The translations under genes were made by a program, and so were the position numbers. A DNA stretch of 64,000 bases from Candidatus Omnitrophota bacterium (lineage in GTDB: Bacteria > Omnitrophota > Gorgyraeia > Zapsychrales > JANLHA01). Where the stretch lies: contig JAHFFT010000005.1 of NCBI GenBank assembly GCA_023247795.1, positions 8,764-72,763 on the forward strand. The letters are read 5' to 3'. This document shows, in pieces, positions 59,116 through 64,000 of the stretch. The notes below the pieces were generated by a model that was not told where the DNA came from, made no database searches, and saw only the letters and a program-made list of their open reading frames with translations. The first letter of the stretch is position 1; each line of letters starts with the position of its first letter.

Positions 59116-60972
59116 TTACTTCATGATGTCACTTTCCAACCATTCAAAATTTTTGGCCAAAAGTTTTTTAGCGACCTTCAACTGCGATTTGTCATTGTTC
59201 CGTCGCGATCTGGCAAAATGGCCTTCAATACGATTCTTCGCGTCCTGACAAAAAAGGTCGGCCAGTTCAAGGACCTGCGATTGCGGGTTCTTTTTATTGA
59301 GCGCCTCGGCGTAAGAACAGACCGCGGCCATATTAAAAAGATCAACACCGATACCGACAATCCGGTTAAGGACACTTTGCTTTGCTTCCAGACGCTGTTG
59401 GTACTTCAACATCTGGTGAAAAATTTGCCGGGCCAGCCGCTTGCTGGTTTTTTGGACATAAAACATATGCCGATCCAAGGGTTTGGCCAGACCGCTGATT
59501 TTCGGATGCTTACCCGTAGGCAACCACAATTTCGGGTACCATAATGAATAATATTTCAAAAGACTTCCCGCGGCCTTGAGTTTATCCTTCAAGGGTGTGC
59601 GTCCGCTGAGCAAAGGTTTAAGACGACTCAAATGCGGATCCAAGGCCTCCCGGGCGATGAAAAGATTCATGATCTCCGAGGTCCCCTCGATAATCAAATT
59701 GATCCGCACGTCTCTTAAAACTCGCTCGACCGGCCAAAAATCTTGTCCGCGCTCTTTCAGTGAAGAAGACCGCTCATATCCTGACCCCCCACGGATCTGC
59801 AGTGTGTCATCAACGATTCTCCAACTCTCTTCCGTGCAAAAATATTTTGCCAGGGCCGCTTCAATCCGGATGTCTTTTTTCTTGTCATCCGCCATCGACG
59901 AGGTCAACCAACTCACCGCGTCCATCGCGAAGGTATGCGAAGCCATATGTCCCAATTTGAGCGCGACACTTTCATGTTCGCCAATCGGCCCGCCCCACTG
60001 TTCGCGCTTGACCGCCCATTGCCGGGCCACGTGCAGACACCACTTGCCAATGCCAGTCGAAGCAGCTGGCAAAGTCAAACGGCCGGTATTCAAGGTCATC
60101 AACGCCAGTTTTAAACCCTCTCCCTCACCGAGGATAATATTTTCTTTCGGTACCTTGACATTGTTGAATCGAATCGAGCCGTTTTGAATCCCGTTCAATC
60201 CCATGAACTGACAGCGATGAAGAATTTCAAAGCCTGGGGTATTGGTCTCGACGATAAAGGCCGTAATCTGCTTTCTTTCTTTGCCGTTGATAATCTTGGG
60301 CGGTGTTACCGCCATCACCACAATCACCCCGGCGATCAGGCCATTGGTACACCACAATTTCTCGCCGTTGATCACGAAATTTTTTCCTTCATCGGTGGGG
60401 ACCGCGGTCGTGGTCATGTTGCGCGGGTCAGAACCAGCACCCGGCTCGGTCAAAGCAAAGGCCGAGACTGTCCCTTCCGCGAACATCGGAAGATATTTTT
60501 TCTTTTGCTCTTCAGTGCCGAATAATTTGAGCGGCTGCGGAACACCAATGCTTTGATGGGCGGAAAGCAAGACCGCGGTTGACCCGCAATAACTCGCCAC
60601 CAAATGGATGGCACGGTTGTAATTGTTTTGTCCTAGACCTAAACCGCCGTATTCTTTAGGGATTTTGATCGCGAAGGCCTTGATGCGGGCCAAGGCGCGC
60701 ATGACGTCATCGGGGATGATGCCGGTTCGATCCACTTCATCCGGATCAAGGGTCTCCCGTAAAACTTTTTCCAACTGGGAGATGAACTGGTCCCCTTCTT
60801 TTTTATCTTCTTCGGATTGGACAGGAAAAGGATGGATCAAATCGAAATCAAGGACCCCATGAAATAGCTTAAGTGCAAAACTGGGGTATTTCCATTCGGC
60901 CTCGCGCTGGTCTTCAGCGAACTCTAAAGACTTGCGCTTAGCGTCACTGATACTTTTATCAAACATGTCCAT
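59116..60972 (-). CDS. Acyl-CoA dehydrogenase (long form with C-terminal extension)
   Basis: The 618-aa protein has LTEPGAGSDP and ACAD N-terminal, middle and C-terminal regions. Confidence 0.75.
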   Translation of the reverse strand: MDMFDKSISDAKRKSLEFAEDQREAEWKYPSFALKLFHGVLDFDLIHPFPVQSEEDKKEGDQFISQLEKVLRETLDPDEVDRTGIIPDDVMRALARIKAFAIKIPKEYGGLGLGQNNYNRAIHLVASYCGSTAVLLSAHQSIGVPQPLKLFGTEEQKKKYLPMFAEGTVSAFALTEPGAGSDPRNMTTTAVPTDEGKNFVINGEKLWCTNGLIAGVIVVMAVTPPKIINGKERKQITAFIVETNTPGFEILHRCQFMGLNGIQNGSIRFNNVKVPKENIILGEGEGLKLALMTLNTGRLTLPAASTGIGKWCLHVARQWAVKREQWGGPIGEHESVALKLGHMASHTFAMDAVSWLTSSMADDKKKDIRIEAALAKYFCTEESWRIVDDTLQIRGGSGYERSSSLKERGQDFWPVERVLRDVRINLIIEGTSEIMNLFIAREALDPHLSRLKPLLSGRTPLKDKLKAAGSLLKYYSLWYPKLWLPTGKHPKISGLAKPLDRHMFYVQKTSKRLARQIFHQMLKYQQRLEAKQSVLNRIVGIGVDLFNMAAVCSYAEALNKKNPQSQVLELADLFCQDAKNRIEGHFARSRRNNDKSQLKVAKKLLAKNFEWLESDIMK

Positions 60973-61069
60973 GTCGGACTTCCTTATATATCAATGGGTT
61001 AGAAAATCTAATTTTTAGTATAGAGTAATAACGACGAAAATCAATACCCAGTTGAATTATTTAAACGAT

Positions 61070-61357
61070 CTAACTTTGCAAATGCTGCTTGACCAACGCA
61101 TCTATGTCCTCCAGCCGAACTCCGTGGTACCAAATCTCTCCTGGGGATACCATGATATTAACTCCCCGATTGCACTGACCCAAACATTTAGCCTGGGCCA
61201 CTCTGATCCGCGGATGCAGGCCCCGTTCTTTTGCAATGCCTCGCAATTCTTTAAAAACCGCTTCTCCCTGCTGATCACCGCAGCTCGGGCTTTCTCCTTT
61301 ACGATCATTGGTGCAGACAAAAATCTGCTTTTCATAAGGAACATTTTCTTGTTTCAT
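61070..61357 (-). CDS. Thioredoxin-like [2Fe-2S] ferredoxin
   Basis: The 95-aa protein has four cysteines in CTNDRKGESPSCGD...CLGQC, a NuoE/HymB-like pattern. Confidence 0.55.
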   Translation of the reverse strand: MKQENVPYEKQIFVCTNDRKGESPSCGDQQGEAVFKELRGIAKERGLHPRIRVAQAKCLGQCNRGVNIMVSPGEIWYHGVRLEDIDALVKQHLQS

Positions 61358-62427
61358 TTCTGCCCTTTCTTCGTTTTTGATTTTGGTTTAAGGACAACCA
61401 ATGTTTCCAGATGTTTGGTTTTCGGGAAAAAATCAAATGGAATCACCCTTTTGATCTGCCAAACTTTGCTTAATAACTTAAGATCACGCACCAAAGATTC
61501 CGGCGAACAGGACAAATACAGTAAGGCCTTAAATCCTTGGACAGTGGTAAGTGTTTTCACGACCGAGGCACTTAACCCCTGCCGCGGAGGATCAATCATG
61601 GCCACCTTATGAACATTCGCGTTTTCTTGCAACTTGAGCTCCAATACCCTTTCGACCAATCCTTGAAAAATATGAAAATTTTCAAAATGATGGTGCTGTT
61701 TATTGAACTGGGCCAGCTTCACCGAATGCGGATCAGATTCAATGAGGACCACTTCCTTGACGTTGGCATAAAAAGCAATCCCAAACAATCCAACGCCTCC
61801 GTACAAATCGTAAAAAGAAATTTTTTTATTGAAGAATTTTAATTTTTTGATTTCCGTGACAACCTTCGGTAGGATCGATAAATTGGCCTGAAAAAAGGTC
61901 TCCAAGGAATAAAAAATCTTTTTGCCATTCACCTTGGTCCAAAAATAATTTTCTTCCAACATCCGCAGCGAACGCCGGCCAATGCCTCCCCAAAAAACCC
62001 GCCCCTCATCGCCGGTACGGATCACCAGATTCGCGTTACGGTATTTTTCCGGAAGTTTTTGGACCGCCTCGCTCTTCAACCGAGGTAGATATTGCGAAAT
62101 CTCAGGTAAGGCAATCGCGCAGGAATCAGCCTCGATGACTTGGGCGCGCCCGGTTGGCGTGAAGCCCATAAATATTTCGTTGTTGCGGGTTTTAAGCAGC
62201 CTAACATCCAAACGATGTCGATAATGATATTCTTTGGGAGAAGCAACAATCGGTTTGATCAGCCGCGCCGCGCTCGAAAAATTTTGTTTGAAAAGCCGCT
62301 GCAACTGTTCTTCCTTGACCACTAACTCTTGACGGTAAGACAGATGTTGATACTGGCAACCACCGCATTCCCCATAAATGGGGCATAATGGCTCAACCTG
62401 GTTAGCAGAATTCTTTGGATTAAACAT
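61354..62427 (-). CDS. RlmD/RumA-like 23S rRNA (uracil-5)-methyltransferase
   Basis: The protein has an N-terminal Fe-S motif CPIYGECGGCQYQHLSY and a class I methyltransferase C-terminus (DLYGGVGLFG). Confidence 0.7.
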   Translation of the reverse strand: MFNPKNSANQVEPLCPIYGECGGCQYQHLSYRQELVVKEEQLQRLFKQNFSSAARLIKPIVASPKEYHYRHRLDVRLLKTRNNEIFMGFTPTGRAQVIEADSCAIALPEISQYLPRLKSEAVQKLPEKYRNANLVIRTGDEGRVFWGGIGRRSLRMLEENYFWTKVNGKKIFYSLETFFQANLSILPKVVTEIKKLKFFNKKISFYDLYGGVGLFGIAFYANVKEVVLIESDPHSVKLAQFNKQHHHFENFHIFQGLVERVLELKLQENANVHKVAMIDPPRQGLSASVVKTLTTVQGFKALLYLSCSPESLVRDLKLLSKVWQIKRVIPFDFFPKTKHLETLVVLKPKSKTKKGQK

Positions 62428-62435
62428 GGGAAGCG

Positions 62436-63011
62436 TTAAAGAAGAATTTCAAAAGATTTGATCATACCATTGACTGCCGCCTGATAACTTTTGAAACGGT
62501 CCTTTTTTGCGGCAAAAGTAAACACATACGCTGTCGTGGCGTTAACCGTCCAAACGTGCAGATATTGCATCGGGGATTCTTTCAATTCTTTTTTCGGTTT
62601 TCCAACATACATCAATCGATGTCCTCGCCGGCCGGCAAAACGGGTCGAATTATCTTCTAAGACCTCAATGGCATCGCCAAAGGTCCCAGTGATCTGTCGA
62701 ACAACGGTTTCCGTATATCGCTCCGGCCGCACGTTCAAGGACGACAAAGACTGCACAGCAACGTTGGCGATCGCGGGCGTCACATCCATGGCGTTTTGTT
62801 TCGCGGCAATAAATACGACCATCGTTCCGCCCGCAGGGTGATCAATCACCTTCCAATTCACCGGATATTTTAAGCGAACCCCGTCTGCCTTATTTTCATA
62901 AACCGCGTAGTCAATCGCCGGAATGAAAAACAAGCTCGCAAAACCGATTGTTAAAACTGCCATCCCTATCAAAAAACTGAACAACCAAGAACTCTTTTTT
63001 TGAGATTTCAT
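62436..63011 (-). CDS. Hypothetical membrane-anchored secreted protein
   Basis: The 191-aa protein has an N-terminal transmembrane helix or signal peptide. No recognisable motif was found. Confidence 0.3.
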   Translation of the reverse strand: MKSQKKSSWLFSFLIGMAVLTIGFASLFFIPAIDYAVYENKADGVRLKYPVNWKVIDHPAGGTMVVFIAAKQNAMDVTPAIANVAVQSLSSLNVRPERYTETVVRQITGTFGDAIEVLEDNSTRFAGRRGHRLMYVGKPKKELKESPMQYLHVWTVNATTAYVFTFAAKKDRFKSYQAAVNGMIKSFEILL

Positions 63012-63021
63012 GGATTAGAAT

Positions 63022-64000
63022 TTACGAATAAAACATTTTCTTGTTGAGGTCGAGATTTTCCAGAAACCGGCAGGGCATGAACCGGTCTGGGCCGTATTGA
63101 TTGGCAAAAAATTTGAGTTTCTCAACGATATGCTTGATACCAACATTGTCCGCGTACCGCAGCAATCCTCCCCGAAAAGCTGGAAACCCCGTTCCCATGA
63201 TCATCCCGACATCCACGGTATCTGCAGAATCAACAATGCCTTCTTCAAGAGAACGGGCTGCTTCATTGATCATCACATAAAGCATGCGCTCGAGATAATA
63301 TTTCCGATCGGTTGTCTTGTCTTCTTTTGCTGCTTGACGGATCAAGTCCTGATTTTCCTTTTTCTCCCCTTTTCCATCCCTTTTCCCATATAGATAAAAT
63401 CCCTTGCCACTCTTTTTTCCCAGCATCTTCTTTTCATAAATCTCCAAAAATCGGGCGGATGGTTTGAAACGTTTACCAAACCCCTTTTCCAAAATCTGCA
63501 AGACCTTGATCCCCACGTCCAGACCCACCTCATCCGACAAACTCAACGGCCCCATAGGCAAACCAAAATCCGTGACCATCCGATCTAGTTCGGTAAAACT
63601 CATCCCTGGATCCTGATCCAAAATATGCCCTGCCTCATTGATATACGCTAAAAGGATTCGATTGACCAAAAATCCCGGCGAGTCTTTCACTAAAATAGGA
63701 ATCTTCCCCAACCTCTTCACCAACTCCAAGGCCGAAACGATCGTCGAGGCCGCAGTTTCTTCGGTAATGATGATTTCAATCAAGGGCATCCGATGCACCG
63801 GATTGAAAAAATGAAACCCCAACATCCGTGAAGGATTTGTAACGGCCTGGCTCATCTCTTTGATCGACAAAGAAGATGTGTTGGTAAAAAGCAGCGTCTC
63901 TGTGCCAACAACCTGACTGACTTCTGTAAAAACCTTTCTCTTGATGTCCATATTCTCAACAACCGCTTCAATCACACAGTCGACATGCTTAAAACCACTC
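63022..64000 (-). CDS. 3-hydroxyacyl-CoA dehydrogenase. The 5' (N-terminal) end lies beyond the window.
   Basis: The protein has MLGFHFFNPVHRMPLIEI, which is 3HCDH NAD-binding / C-terminal domain. The frame is open to position 64000. Confidence 0.7.
   Translation of the reverse strand, partial: SGFKHVDCVIEAVVENMDIKRKVFTEVSQVVGTETLLFTNTSSLSIKEMSQAVTNPSRMLGFHFFNPVHRMPLIEIIITEETAASTIVSALELVKRLGKIPILVKDSPGFLVNRILLAYINEAGHILDQDPGMSFTELDRMVTDFGLPMGPLSLSDEVGLDVGIKVLQILEKGFGKRFKPSARFLEIYEKKMLGKKSGKGFYLYGKRDGKGEKKENQDLIRQAAKEDKTTDRKYYLERMLYVMINEAARSLEEGIVDSADTVDVGMIMGTGFPAFRGGLLRYADNVGIKHIVEKLKFFANQYGPDRFMPCRFLENLDLNKKMFYS

Overview
This 64-kb window is a bacterial chromosomal segment of about 45% GC, densely coded and mostly on the minus strand. 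The bacterial call rests on the tRNAs and on ftsH, recN, cdaA, pdxJ and folP; it looks like an uncultivated lineage, but no phylum can be assigned from sequence alone. From start to end it contains:

- A threonine biosynthesis operon (hom-thrC) followed by a phosphopantothenate-cysteine ligase gene (coaB) and an ApgM-family cofactor-independent phosphoglycerate-mutase-like gene that probably acts as a non-orthologous homoserine kinase. A PilZ protein gene lies just upstream of hom.
- tRNA-Pro, then gpsA, then a dolichol-phosphate-mannose-synthase-like (Dpm1-like) family-2 glycosyltransferase (GT2), then a Thr-Tyr-Gly tRNA cluster carrying a 28-bp duplicate of the tRNA-Thr 3' end.
- A large polytopic membrane protein with STT3/AglB-type oligosaccharyltransferase (OST) motifs.
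- An exopolysaccharide (EPS) synthase and export module: a HEAT-repeat protein, a processive GT2 synthase with a QRERW motif, and a 1784-aa protein made of tetratricopeptide repeats (TPR) fused to a C-terminal beta-barrel. It is flanked by a degenerate-receiver-YvcK fusion.
- recN and a PPi-type phosphofructokinase.
- A glycan-biosynthesis island of about 17 kb. It holds two family-9 glycosyltransferases, two tandem paralogous family-4 glycosyltransferases, a GT2, a CgeB-like glycosyltransferase, two intact FkbM methyltransferases plus one FkbM pseudogene, two other methyltransferases, a carbohydrate-esterase family 4 (CE4) deacetylase, a Wzx flippase, a UbiA-family enzyme resembling decaprenyl-phosphate phosphoribosyltransferase (DPPR synthase), and a DUF2079 membrane protein of the GT-C fold class. 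The island is interrupted by an IS200/IS605 remnant.
- A housekeeping run: queH, nnr, acpS, pdxJ, a truncated cdaR, cdaA, folP, ftsH and tilS.
- An antiporter, a secreted staphylococcal-nuclease-like protein, a PocR-GAF sensor, a VanZ-like protein and a UDP-sugar epimerase.
- hemL and a trifunctional hemC-cobA-hemD fusion.
- A cNMP-binding, ParA-like, patatin phospholipase.
- An acyl-CoA dehydrogenase, a 2Fe-2S ferredoxin, an RlmD-like RNA methyltransferase and a partial 3-hydroxyacyl-CoA dehydrogenase.

A family of short palindromic intergenic repeats built on GTCTCAAGT / ACTTGAGAC recurs at the 3' ends of minus-strand genes. No CRISPR array or rRNA was seen. All functional calls come from reading motifs by eye in the supplied translations, with no database searches.
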